A stretch of DNA of 64,000 nt from an uncultured Gammaproteobacteria bacterium (GTDB taxonomy: Bacteria > Patescibacteriota > Microgenomatia > UBA10105 > UBA927). The notes beneath the pieces were generated by a model. That model saw only the letters and a program-made list of their open reading frames with translations. It was not told the DNA's origin and did not search any database. Positions 16,403 through 26,132 of the stretch are shown piece by piece; the first letter of the stretch is position 1; each line of letters starts with the position of its first letter. A program made the position numbers and the translations under genes. The stretch is from positions 310,720-374,719 of the forward strand of contig CAZEVT010000001.1 in the NCBI GenBank assembly GCA_964515005.1, written 5' to 3'.

Positions 16403-18679
16403 TCAGTGTGCCGCATTTCTTCTCTGTTTGTCAATCCCCATTTTCAAACCTATTCCCATTATGGTAATGATTTCGACGATAAGGAGTCCTACTTTGGCCC
16501 GCGACGGCTCGTAGGAGGCCACGATCGCATGCTGGCCTGCGGGCACCGGAATACCGATGAAGAAGGGGAAAGTGATAATAGGCCTGACCCGTTTTCCGTC
16601 TACCGTAACGCGCCAGTTGGGGTGATACGTTTGTTTGAGAATGACTACACATTCTGTACAATTTTCCGGAATCGATACGTTAGCCGTAAAAATCATGTCC
16701 GTGTCGTTGGTTTGGGAAGATATTGATATGGGGGATCCGCCAGCTGGCGGAGGGGAGATAGGAGAAATATATTTTGGCGGCTCTCGGAATATATTATGCG
16801 TCGAACCGTCAGGAACTTGAAACGTGACTTCATCAAGCATTTTGAAGTTGGGAAGGCCGGTATGTTTGGGAAAATTCTTGGTATCGAAGGTGATCTCCGG
16901 GTACAGGCCGTTTTTGGGGTCGTCAGATTGGATCCAGAGCCTCACCACATTCGTTCGCGAGTATTTGTCGGATGAGACAATTGCAGGCTGTACACCGAAC
17001 GTAAAATAGCCGGACGTGGGTACTTCATACAAGTTCCATGATGGATTTTCTCTAACAAGTCGCCAGAACGGCTGGATATTTTCCTTCGTAAGCGTTTTGG
17101 GCGTTGCGACGTAGCGAATATTGTAAAGATCATAATCTTCCTGTTTATTTTCCCGGAAGTACTGCTCCGTATCGCCGTTTGGCGACCAGGTTTCCGGCAG
17201 CCAGAGAACCGTCGGGAGGCCAAAGTTCCCGAGATACATGGTGATGTTGGTTTCGGCGATTCGAAAATCCCGTCCCCATGACCCGCCGCGCCCCGAAAAT
17301 ACCCGGCCGGGAGCGGTCTTTTGGAGTTTTTGGAGGGCGTCAACGAGCGCACTCACGTCCGGAGACTGCTTGGTAAAATTATCATTTGCCCGTTTGACAA
17401 GCGTGTCATTGAGCTCGTTGTAGCGGATGGTTTGCTGGTAGACGGGAATCAAAAAGAGGAGCCCTAGAATACAAGAAACCACAAATTGCAAATTTTTGAG
17501 TCGAAAGAGCCGGCGGGAAATAGTTGTTACCATCCACGTTAATCCGATAGGCGCCAAAAACAATCCGGCGATATGTACCCCAACGATGAAACGCGAAAGG
17601 TGGAACTCGGCCATGGCGGGGATGAGGTTGATAAGGCCGCCCCATGTCGTCCGGCCGAAGTAGAGAAGGAGCCAAAAAATAAACAACAAGGCAAGGCCTG
17701 TGAGCCCCGTTCCCTCGGCCGCAAAGAGCGAAAATACGCCCACCAAGACCAGGATAGTCAGAATCGGGAATCTTCCGAAATCAAATAGGTCGCCGTTTCC
17801 GAGGCGTGCGAGGATTTCTTTGGCGCCGTAGGAATTAAATTTCCACACCGGATCCCAGAAAGAAAAGTTGTGAAAGTTATCGGTGAAAAAGGCGGGCCCG
17901 ATCCAGTAGCTTAAGAAAAAGATTGCAGCTGCGGAAAGAGTAAGAAGAGGAATAATCGTTTTTTTGGGCTTGACGAGCGCCAGAGGAATGAGGCTTAGGA
18001 ATGCCATAATGCCCACACCGAGGTGTCCTGCGGTGGTCAAAACAAGAAAAAGTACCGCAGGTAGTAACCCCCGTTTTGTTTGGAAATAGCGGTACGCACA
18101 TGCCACCGCAAGCGGCAGAAAGACCATGGCAAAGAGCTGACTGGAGAGGCCATATCCGCGCCACAGGAATGACGCCGGGTCCAAGCCGTAGAGCCCGTCG
18201 GTGGAGAGGTGCGACGCCAAAAGCGCGCCGAATCCCGCGGTAAGGATGGGTAGGCGCAAAACCAGCAAAGCCAGGAATACCGAAAACGGGAACAAACTTA
18301 AGAGGAGGTATATCGCGACGTGGTAGTACTGAAAGAGCGAAACACTTTGGAGAAACATATGGAAAAATCGATACGATGCCACGATGGCAATCTGCGGGAT
18401 ATGGCTGTAGTAGTAGGGGAGGTTGTACCCTTCGTTCCAGTTGGGGACCCAGTGGTCAATAAGATACGAGATATGACAGATGGGAAACGTGAGTATATTT
18501 TTTGAACACTTTTCCACTGCAAAATCCCATATTTGGTTTGTACGCTCAACCAGAGCAAACTGAAATGTATTATCATTCGGATCGATTTTTGCGGTCGGCT
18601 CCAGGCGATAGAGCCAGAGGTTAAATCCCACGGAAAAAAGGATTATTGCAACAGCAAAATATGTTTCAAAACGTTTCAT
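16403..18679 (-). CDS. YfhO/PTPS-related multi-pass membrane protein (GT-C-like)
   Basis: DPND motif after the first TM, WVPNWNEGYNLPYYYSH, and YfhO-like C-terminus YHPNWRVTVDGK...PAGQHAIVASYEP. Confidence 0.82.
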   Translation of the reverse strand: MKRFETYFAVAIILFSVGFNLWLYRLEPTAKIDPNDNTFQFALVERTNQIWDFAVEKCSKNILTFPICHISYLIDHWVPNWNEGYNLPYYYSHIPQIAIVASYRFFHMFLQSVSLFQYYHVAIYLLLSLFPFSVFLALLVLRLPILTAGFGALLASHLSTDGLYGLDPASFLWRGYGLSSQLFAMVFLPLAVACAYRYFQTKRGLLPAVLFLVLTTAGHLGVGIMAFLSLIPLALVKPKKTIIPLLTLSAAAIFFLSYWIGPAFFTDNFHNFSFWDPVWKFNSYGAKEILARLGNGDLFDFGRFPILTILVLVGVFSLFAAEGTGLTGLALLFIFWLLLYFGRTTWGGLINLIPAMAEFHLSRFIVGVHIAGLFLAPIGLTWMVTTISRRLFRLKNLQFVVSCILGLLFLIPVYQQTIRYNELNDTLVKRANDNFTKQSPDVSALVDALQKLQKTAPGRVFSGRGGSWGRDFRIAETNITMYLGNFGLPTVLWLPETWSPNGDTEQYFRENKQEDYDLYNIRYVATPKTLTKENIQPFWRLVRENPSWNLYEVPTSGYFTFGVQPAIVSSDKYSRTNVVRLWIQSDDPKNGLYPEITFDTKNFPKHTGLPNFKMLDEVTFQVPDGSTHNIFREPPKYISPISPPPAGGSPISISSQTNDTDMIFTANVSIPENCTECVVILKQTYHPNWRVTVDGKRVRPIITFPFFIGIPVPAGQHAIVASYEPSRAKVGLLIVEIITIMGIGLKMGIDKQRRNAAH
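16736..16751. repeat. 16-bp perfect palindrome inside a CDS
   Basis: TCCGCCAGCTGGCGGA (encodes PPAGG), embedded in ISP/SPI 9-nt repeats. Confidence 0.75.
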
Positions 18680-20463
18680 GGGTGTAGCTTTGGATTCAGC
18701 CAGTCGGCATGATCATCAGTGATGCCGTCGCCGGCATCGGTGACAACGAGTTTTAATGTTTTGACACCGGTTACATCGACCTCCTGGTGCCGCGGCATAT
18801 CATACCTGCCGATTTTTTCTGATGCAAAGAGTTTTTTGTCGTCCCCCCATACTTCAAACGTAACCGTCCCGCGGGCTCCGGCTTCAGTGTCCACGCCGTA
18901 GTCAAAGGTAAATGCTTTGAATAATTTTCCGATATCAAATATCTGGTAGCTGTTGGCATGGGTGCCTATTCCGTGGCGATAAAAAGCGTACTGGACCGAG
19001 AGACTAGACCAACTATTGAATCCAAGTGAGGCATTGACAGGCATGTTTACCATTCGGTTCCCAAAGTCTTGTTTCCACTCAAACGGCGTGATGCTCGTTA
19101 TGAACACCGGTTTTTGGGTGAGTATGGGTATATTTTTGGTAATGATTACCAGGGCAATAAGCGTTATTGGCAGGATATATACCCACACTCGGGTAGTTCG
19201 GGCGAGGGAGAAAAGAAACCAGAGAAACACTCCGGTGAAGAGGGCAGAAACGCTTATCGTCAGCCACGGCCAGGTGAATGCTTTCAGTATTGGAATCCCG
19301 TTATGGGGGTAGTTGAAAACCAGTGCAGTGTGGAGGTTGTAGAAATACAGGAGGGTGAAAAGGGCGTACACAGTGACCAAAAACTTCATCGTGTTGCGAT
19401 GTATCCAGAATGATGCCCAGAGAAGTATCAGAATGGCCAACGGAAACGCATAGCGGTCATGGGATTCGGTTTGAAACAGGAAAAACGCACCGTTGACCAC
19501 GATAAAGCTTTCAAGAAATACCCGGAGCGGCTGCGATTTGTCTATAAACTGTCGGAGCATGGCAAAAAGGTACGCGCCTGAAAACGCCACAAGTCCCAAG
19601 GATTTTGCGCTCACCAGGCCCAACACCAGTATTTTATCCGATCCCTTCATGCCGGCGGCCCCGGAGTACACCCACCAGGGATTGAATGCGTTCAGCGAAA
19701 GCCAGGGAAAGTAGTCATAGTTGCCGGTCAACGATTCAATGACCCGGCCAAAGTCACGGGCAAGGATAAATTCTATATTGGTTCCCGCAAATGCGAGGGT
19801 GGCCCCGGCAAGGGCGCGAACGAGGCCCCGCCAGCCCATTATCTGCCAGAGGAAGAGAAAAAATATCGGCCCGTAGATCATGTTCTGAAGTTTCGTCATC
19901 ATGGCGACCATATAGATGATGCCCGCCCAAAACGGCATGCGCCGAAGGAGGGCGAGTAAGGCGAGTAAAAACAGCAAAACCCCAAGCGAGTCGAGTTGCC
20001 CCCACCAGGCTCCGTCGATGATTGAAACCGGCGAAAGAAGGTAGAGAAGGGCAAATATTTGATAGGTGGTAATGGGGAGCGCGGGAAAACCGAGACGCTT
20101 CGCGTTTTTGCCGATGTAAAGAAAGATACCCGCGATACCAAAGTCGGCGATAATCGCCGGGGCCTTGGAAATAAAAAGAAACAAGAGATTATTATTTTGC
20201 CAGAACTGATTGAAATCATGGGGATCGGCAAAGAACGAGTATACGTTCGCCATGAGGGCTAAAAAGTAGCCAAAGGGAGTAGGGTAGTTGAAGTTGGTAA
20301 GCGGCAGTCCTTTGACTATGCCGAAATCCATGACGGCCAGTCCCCAGCTTTTCCAAAACGAAATATCCGCTTCAAAACCGGTGTTGGGAATAAGAAGAAG
20401 GCGGATAAGCAATGCAATAATACTTCCCGAAATCAAAAAAAGCAGGAGTTGATTCTTTTTCAT
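18676..20463 (-). CDS. GT-C membrane glycosyltransferase with C-terminal NPCBM/NEW2 carbohydrate-binding domain
   Basis: EADI..W, NYP, WWGQLDS, HDRY motifs, then GIGTHANS...VDVTGVKTLKLVVTDAGDGITDDHADW. Confidence 0.87.
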   Translation of the reverse strand: MKKNQLLLFLISGSIIALLIRLLLIPNTGFEADISFWKSWGLAVMDFGIVKGLPLTNFNYPTPFGYFLALMANVYSFFADPHDFNQFWQNNNLLFLFISKAPAIIADFGIAGIFLYIGKNAKRLGFPALPITTYQIFALLYLLSPVSIIDGAWWGQLDSLGVLLFLLALLALLRRMPFWAGIIYMVAMMTKLQNMIYGPIFFLFLWQIMGWRGLVRALAGATLAFAGTNIEFILARDFGRVIESLTGNYDYFPWLSLNAFNPWWVYSGAAGMKGSDKILVLGLVSAKSLGLVAFSGAYLFAMLRQFIDKSQPLRVFLESFIVVNGAFFLFQTESHDRYAFPLAILILLWASFWIHRNTMKFLVTVYALFTLLYFYNLHTALVFNYPHNGIPILKAFTWPWLTISVSALFTGVFLWFLFSLARTTRVWVYILPITLIALVIITKNIPILTQKPVFITSITPFEWKQDFGNRMVNMPVNASLGFNSWSSLSVQYAFYRHGIGTHANSYQIFDIGKLFKAFTFDYGVDTEAGARGTVTFEVWGDDKKLFASEKIGRYDMPRHQEVDVTGVKTLKLVVTDAGDGITDDHADWLNPKLHP

Positions 20464-20615
20464 TTGGTCTTTGACGGGTCATTGGGTCCCAGATACGTGT
20501 TGCCGGCGGGGATAACAATACGGCCGGGCCGTCCTGCGGCCGAAATGTAGTAGACGGCCACAACAATAAGCATACAAAGTATCGCGACAAATGTCATGAA
20601 GTCACGCTTGTTCAT
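20460..20615 (-). CDS. Small 51-aa single-TM protein
   Basis: MNKRDFMTFVAILCMLIVVAVYYISAAGRPGRIVIPAGNTYLGPNDPSKTK. TGcTACTAT lies 8 nt upstream, and the stop overlaps the next ATG (ATGA). Not in the ORF track. Confidence 0.72.
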   Translation of the reverse strand: MNKRDFMTFVAILCMLIVVAVYYISAAGRPGRIVIPAGNTYLGPNDPSKTK

Positions 20616-20664
20616 TTGAAGACATAGTAGCACAAAATGCAGTAAATCTTTAGAATAGGTCTAT

Positions 20665-22281
20665 ATGCAGAGATGGCTATGGGGAGGAACTATTGTATTC
20701 TTCGTTTTATTTTCGTTCGTACCGACGTTTTATGAACTCTTGCGGGCCAGTGACCTCCACGAGGACCGTTCCTTCGAGCTCGTCCACAACTATTACACCG
20801 ACTACAATTTTTATCTTTCGCGTATCCGCCAGGGGATAGAGGGCAATCTTTTGGTTCAGGAGAAATACACGTCCGAGCCGCACCCGGGCTCCCTTTTTCA
20901 AATCGTCTATCTTGCTATGGGATGGGTGGGGAATTTTTTGACCGTCCCATGGGACCGACCGGGTGACATCTACCACGTCGCACGGTTTGTTTTTGCGTTT
21001 GCCGTCCTTGCACTCATTGCAGAGTTTGCGAAAGAAACGCTTGGAAAATTGACATCCGCACGGTGGGCGTTTTTAGGATTTTTACTTGCCGTGACGGCCT
21101 CTACCTGGCCAAAACTTGTTCAGGTTTCCGGCGTGTGGCGTTTCGGAGGGTACATGCCATGGTTTACGGTGATGGATTCACTGCAGCGGATTACGTTTCT
21201 TCCCCACCTTCTTATCGGACAGGCAATCATGATGTTCCTCCTTATGGCAATGGCGAGCCGTCAAACACTTGCAAGAACCGGAAATTGGGTGTTTTTGGGG
21301 CTGCTGGCGCTTGCGCTTTCCATCATATACCCGCCCGGGTTGGTGGTCGTTGCGGTGGCATCTGGGTATCTTTGGATACTTGATAAAATTTTTTGGCCCA
21401 GACTCGTCATCGGTCTCATAAGCGTACCGGGGTTGGTGTATATGCTTTATATGTTCACGGTATATCCCTGGAAGCGGCTTGTGGAATTTGACATGCTCAA
21501 CCCGGTTGCATTTAACTTGTGGGAATATATTCTTGCGGTTGGCCCTGTACTGCCCCTGGGACTCATGGGCCTGGTTGTCGCACTCTTCAAAAAGGAAACC
21601 AAGCTCAACAGTGTGATTGCATGGATTTTCTCGTTTTTTACCTTATTTATAGGATTCCATTTTATTCCGCAGCAGCACCCGCTCCGATTTTCAGAAACGC
21701 TGCCGCACGTGCCACTGGCGATCCTCACGGCGTATCTTCTGTGGAACGTAAGTACCCTGGGAAAGTTTGGAAAAATAGCAGCGAAAATAATTGCCGCGCT
21801 AGTCATTATTGTCGGTGTCGGCATTATGTATTCCTCATGGCTGTGGCAGCGCGATTTTACGAATCATAAGTTGATAGCGACGAAGCCACTTGTGCCCTAC
21901 GGAAGTTACGTGATGTATCCGCTGAACGATTTTATCGCTGGCATGACGTACTTGCGGGGGGTCACGCCCCGCGACAGCGTGGTTTTATCCATGCAAACGA
22001 CGGGTAATTATATTCCGGTTTACGCCGGTAATACGGTGTATTTTGGTCACGCAAACACGGTGAAATACGAAGAGAAAAAGGTATTGGTAGAATCATTTTT
22101 TGGCGGGACCATGAAGGCTGCCGACGCGGCACGGTGGATCCGCGGAGCCGGTATTGCGTATGTATTTTTCGGTCCGCAGGAGAGGGAAGTTGGCAATATA
22201 CGCGCCTTGGAAACCGTGTACCCGTTTTTGCAGCCGCTGTTTGCAAACGAGCAGGTGACTATTTATGGGGTACAAAAATGA
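20665..22281 (+). CDS. Multi-pass membrane protein, GT-C-like
   Basis: TDYNFYLSRIRQG and YTSEPH loop motifs, many TMs, C-terminal periplasmic domain (GNTVYFGH, YVFFGPQE). Confidence 0.8.
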   Translation: MQRWLWGGTIVFFVLFSFVPTFYELLRASDLHEDRSFELVHNYYTDYNFYLSRIRQGIEGNLLVQEKYTSEPHPGSLFQIVYLAMGWVGNFLTVPWDRPGDIYHVARFVFAFAVLALIAEFAKETLGKLTSARWAFLGFLLAVTASTWPKLVQVSGVWRFGGYMPWFTVMDSLQRITFLPHLLIGQAIMMFLLMAMASRQTLARTGNWVFLGLLALALSIIYPPGLVVVAVASGYLWILDKIFWPRLVIGLISVPGLVYMLYMFTVYPWKRLVEFDMLNPVAFNLWEYILAVGPVLPLGLMGLVVALFKKETKLNSVIAWIFSFFTLFIGFHFIPQQHPLRFSETLPHVPLAILTAYLLWNVSTLGKFGKIAAKIIAALVIIVGVGIMYSSWLWQRDFTNHKLIATKPLVPYGSYVMYPLNDFIAGMTYLRGVTPRDSVVLSMQTTGNYIPVYAGNTVYFGHANTVKYEEKKVLVESFFGGTMKAADAARWIRGAGIAYVFFGPQEREVGNIRALETVYPFLQPLFANEQVTIYGVQK

Positions 22282-23144
22282 ATCAAGAGATAGCATGTCC
22301 TTTATGCGGGAAGAAAAACTTCTTGGTATATCGGGATAAGCCCCACCGGCGGATTGTCCGGTGTCTTCATGATGGACTCGTGTTGGTAAATCCGCAGCCT
22401 ACCATACGCGAGATTCACCGAATCTATAACGAGAATTATTTTTCGTCCCACGAAAAGCGAACCGTCAGTTCAGGCGGGTATTTTGATTATATGAGTGAGC
22501 GTCCGCTTCTTTTGCCGTATTTCCGCAGAAAAATTGTGTTTTTGAAACGACTTCTCCCGGGAAGAAAAGTATTGGAAATCGGTTCGTCGTACGGATTTTT
22601 TCTTGAAGAAGCCAAGCGTGCCCGTCTCAACATTTTGGGCATCGATATTTCGCGGGAAGCCGTCGCACATGCAAAGCGACAGGGGCTGCCGGCCCGCGCG
22701 GTTGACCTTTTTGATGCAAAATTTCCATCGAATTCATTTGACGGAGTGGTCGCGTTTCACCTCATAGAACACGTTCTTGACCCGATGGCGTTTCTGCGCG
22801 AAGTGTATAGGATCACCAAACCAGGAGGCATACTGATGCTGGCAACACCCAAAGAAGGAGGGTATGTGCAGCGCATGATGGGAAAACACTGGTTCTCCTA
22901 TCGGCATAAGGAACATTTGTACTTCTTTTCCAAACGAACCATGACGATGCTTTTGGCAAAAGCCGGGTTCTCGGATATTCGGTGTTTTGGCGATGAAACA
23001 CGATGGTATCCCATACGGTTTCTTCTGCGGGGCGTAACCTTTTATGTGAATAATCCGTGGTGGCTCCGGTTTATAAGACTCTTCAATCTTGCTCTTAAAA
23101 TTCCGATGCCGCTGGATACCATGCTGGTGACTTCCCGGAAATAA
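22278..23144 (+). CDS. Class I SAM-dependent methyltransferase with N-terminal Zn ribbon
   Basis: CPLC, VLEIGSSYG, FHLIEHV, KPGG, HLYFFS. Start refined to ATG 22278 (ATGA overlap). Confidence 0.88.
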   Translation: MNQEIACPLCGKKNFLVYRDKPHRRIVRCLHDGLVLVNPQPTIREIHRIYNENYFSSHEKRTVSSGGYFDYMSERPLLLPYFRRKIVFLKRLLPGRKVLEIGSSYGFFLEEAKRARLNILGIDISREAVAHAKRQGLPARAVDLFDAKFPSNSFDGVVAFHLIEHVLDPMAFLREVYRITKPGGILMLATPKEGGYVQRMMGKHWFSYRHKEHLYFFSKRTMTMLLAKAGFSDIRCFGDETRWYPIRFLLRGVTFYVNNPWWLRFIRLFNLALKIPMPLDTMLVTSRK

Positions 23145-23167
23145 TACGCGACCCGTGGTATGGGTCG

Positions 23168-23587
23168 TCACTTTTTACGCTTGAGGGAAGCACAATAGGA
23201 TGTATACGTTTCGTACAGACGAATGTATTCTTTTGGGTCATATGGGTGGGAAGCAATGGCAAGCTGCGTTGCCGTATGTGAGTAGCGCTGGGTATGCCAG
23301 ACGAGCGGGGGAATAATGAGCCCCTCATTGGGTTTATCCAGAACAAAGGTTTTTTTCTGACCCTTCGGTGTTTCCGTGGTGACGATAATCTTTCCGGATA
23401 AGGCTATAAGAACAATCGTTGTTTTTTTGTGTGCGTGGCGGCCGCGGATGACGCTTTGGGGGGTAAAGTATGTCCAAAAAACGCGCCGAATGGGAAAGGG
23501 GATCTCCCGAATGGTGCTCGCGGTGAGATAGCCCTCACGGGATGAGCCGTGTTTGTTGAAGAGAATTTTTTTCGGTTCTCCGTTCAT
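23168..23587 (-). CDS. FdtA/QdtA-family sugar 3,4-ketoisomerase (cupin)
   Basis: IPFPIRRVFW, RGRHAHK, GLIIPPLVWH, YDPKEYIR. Confidence 0.88.
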   Translation of the reverse strand: MNGEPKKILFNKHGSSREGYLTASTIREIPFPIRRVFWTYFTPQSVIRGRHAHKKTTIVLIALSGKIIVTTETPKGQKKTFVLDKPNEGLIIPPLVWHTQRYSHTATQLAIASHPYDPKEYIRLYETYTSYCASLKRKK

Positions 23588-24285
23588 ATTGCGAAGAATT
23601 GCGGTTGCTTCATCCAGAATACTATCATATCTACAATAGTTGGGAATATAGTAGTCATTTTCCCTCCGCCTCCGCCGCCGCCCTCACGTGCACGGTGACT
23701 GATAGGGGCTTCAATGACACGAAAGCCGGCTTGTATTGCTTTTATGGCAAGTTCCGCATCAACAAACGCAGAAGAAGAACGTAGCCGTATTTTTTTGATG
23801 ATCCTGCTGCGCATGAGACGCACCGAATTGGCGTCATGAAGCGGGAGGTGAAATAGTAAGCGAAGTAAACTATTGTAGATATTTGATTGGAGAAGTCGGA
23901 TAGATGAATCGTTCCGTTTATTTCTCCATCCGATAAGCATATCGGCCGTATCCCGCTTGCGCCATAACGCAGTAAGTTCTTTGGGCTCAATCTGATAATC
24001 TCCCGGGAGAGAAAATACCCAGGAGCCTGGCGCGTTTTCATATAACTCCCGTATTGTTGTGCCGTACCCAAGATTATATCTATGAGTAATAACCCGGAGA
24101 TTTGGCATGAGTTTCCGAAGCTTTTCAAGTTTTTGCCCGGTTTGATCACGACTTGCATCATTGGCCACCAAGATAGTAAAGGGGATATGCAGTTTCATGG
24201 CAGTTGTTGCGGTCTTTCGCAACACTGTTTCGATCGTCGCTTCATCATTGTAAGCGGGGATAACAACGGTGAGTGATGAGTTCAT
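23584..24285 (-). CDS. GT2, DPM1-like polyprenol-phosphate sugar synthase
   Basis: VVIPAYND, NDASRDQT, HRYNLGYG, GDYQ, IEAPISHRAR. Confidence 0.85.
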   Translation of the reverse strand: MNSSLTVVIPAYNDEATIETVLRKTATTAMKLHIPFTILVANDASRDQTGQKLEKLRKLMPNLRVITHRYNLGYGTTIRELYENAPGSWVFSLPGDYQIEPKELTALWRKRDTADMLIGWRNKRNDSSIRLLQSNIYNSLLRLLFHLPLHDANSVRLMRSRIIKKIRLRSSSAFVDAELAIKAIQAGFRVIEAPISHRAREGGGGGGGKMTTIFPTIVDMIVFWMKQPQFFAI

Positions 24286-24341
24286 CTTGGCGGAATTGTA
24301 GCATACTTGTCACGGCAGAAGCGTCAGGGTATTATGAGGCA

Positions 24342-24890
24342 ATGATGAAGCCTATTGTGTATCGTAGCAGTAAGGGTCATACGTTTGTCGTCCGCCCGAT
24401 GGCGGCAGGTGATGTGCGCGGTCTTTTGACCTTTGCCAATACACTGATTGCCGAAGACACGTTTATCATGCTCAGCGGCAAAAAGCTGACACTGAGAGAA
24501 GAATCAACGTACGTATCCGAGGGGTTGAACCTTATGAAAAAGGGCAAGAAATTTCGTGTCGTGGTGACTATCTCCGGCGCCATAGTCGGTTCAGCCGAAA
24601 TCCGGCGCGGGGAACTGCGCAAATCCCATGTGGGCGAACTAGGCATATCCGTCCTCAAACCGTATCGGGGCGAGGGGACTGGGAGCGCGCTTATGGAGTG
24701 TTTGATTGCCGAAGGAAAACGGATGGGGTTGCGGATCCTGATGCTTCACTGTTTTGAGAATAATACCGCCGCCCTCGCGCTGTACAAAAAATTCGGCTTC
24801 ATCCAGTGTGGACTTCTCCCTCAGGCGCTGTACTACCGCGGAATGCACATAGGAGAAGTGACGCTCTACAAAAAATTATCCGCAACCTAA
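24342..24890 (+). CDS. GNAT family N-acetyltransferase
   Basis: SHVGELGISVLKPYRGEGTG, NTAALALYKKFGF. Start refined to ATG 24342. Confidence 0.9.
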   Translation: MMKPIVYRSSKGHTFVVRPMAAGDVRGLLTFANTLIAEDTFIMLSGKKLTLREESTYVSEGLNLMKKGKKFRVVVTISGAIVGSAEIRRGELRKSHVGELGISVLKPYRGEGTGSALMECLIAEGKRMGLRILMLHCFENNTAALALYKKFGFIQCGLLPQALYYRGMHIGEVTLYKKLSAT

Positions 24891-24893
24891 ATT

Positions 24894-26132
24894 ATGCAGA
24901 ACCATAGGACACTCCTTGCCGGTGCGGTTATTTTTCTTTTGTCGGTTGTATTTCGCCTGTGGTTGACCAATATCGTGCCGCAGCCGTTTGTGTACGATCA
25001 GACGGAGTACGAGGCGTATGCAGGGAAAATTTTTGCTGCACCATACATGCTTGCGGCCCATACGTATCGCTCATATCCATACCCACTGATGATTGCAGTT
25101 CTCTACAAAATTGTCGGGTTTGGCAATCACCCCGCGGTATTTGCGCTGCAGGCGGTGTTGGACAGTCTCACCGCCGTCATGGTGTATTTCATCCTGCGCC
25201 TTGCTGGCCGGAGCCGGGCGGCGTGGATCGGTTACCTCCTCTATGCGGTCAATCCTTTTACCGCGGCATATGCCGGCGTCATTCTTTCGGAAGTGCTGAC
25301 GACGTTTTTTGTTGCCGGTATGTTGCTGACCGGTGTGTATGTCATCAAAAAACCTTCGTTCCTGCGGGGCTTGTTGTTTGGTCTTTGTGCCGGCATGGCG
25401 ATTCAAACGAGAAATGCAATGACTGTCGGATCGCTCGCTGCGGTAGGGAGCATATGGTTTTGGATTTCCTGGAAATTTTATACACGGGTGTATCTCGCGA
25501 TTTTTCTGGGGTTAGTCCTTACGGTTTTGTATCCTCTTTACACAAACTGGCAGGCATATGGGCAGGTTTCCATATTTAAGGTTGATAGCTTTTACGCCAT
25601 GGAGCTCTATAACGGTGCGACGCTCAAAATTCTTCCACCGTTTATGACTAGTACCAGCTATCCCGCGGGCCAGCAGGAGATGTACCGGGAGTATTGGTCG
25701 GAATATGATTCGACGAGAACGATGTCTGACCGGCAAGATATGGCTGATAAGTATGTTGGGAAGGCCATTGCGATTATAAAAGCCGATCCGATAGAGTATA
25801 TCCGGTGGCGGTTTTTCAAAATGTGGTACGTGTGGCAGAAAGATAATATTTTTACGTATAGTGAGCCCGGATACGCGGTACATAAGCCATGGACGTTTTG
25901 GGGTAATACGATGCTCTTGGCCGCTGCGGCATTCGGTATCGTGTTTGGGTTTTTTCGCAAAAAAGGAAAGACCATGGTGTGGCTCTGGACGGCGGCGATT
26001 GCCATCATTGTTTTCCAGACGGTTGCCTTTTCATTCAGTCACGCAGAATATCGATTAAGTATTCCTTTATATCCCATCATTATTCTGTTTGCGGCACTTT
26101 GCTACAATAAAGACTATGGCAGGAGGCAATAA
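24894..26132 (+). CDS. GT-C membrane glycosyltransferase (ArnT/PMT-like)
   Basis: YDQTEY after the first TM, RSYPYP, ILSEVL, EYR near the C-terminus. Confidence 0.82.
   Translation: MQNHRTLLAGAVIFLLSVVFRLWLTNIVPQPFVYDQTEYEAYAGKIFAAPYMLAAHTYRSYPYPLMIAVLYKIVGFGNHPAVFALQAVLDSLTAVMVYFILRLAGRSRAAWIGYLLYAVNPFTAAYAGVILSEVLTTFFVAGMLLTGVYVIKKPSFLRGLLFGLCAGMAIQTRNAMTVGSLAAVGSIWFWISWKFYTRVYLAIFLGLVLTVLYPLYTNWQAYGQVSIFKVDSFYAMELYNGATLKILPPFMTSTSYPAGQQEMYREYWSEYDSTRTMSDRQDMADKYVGKAIAIIKADPIEYIRWRFFKMWYVWQKDNIFTYSEPGYAVHKPWTFWGNTMLLAAAAFGIVFGFFRKKGKTMVWLWTAAIAIIVFQTVAFSFSHAEYRLSIPLYPIIILFAALCYNKDYGRRQ

Noticed and set aside
23661-23684. Poly-Gly codon run in the DPM1-like GT2 as a phase-variation tract
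   Set aside because: Mixed triplet codons, so slippage would preserve the frame.
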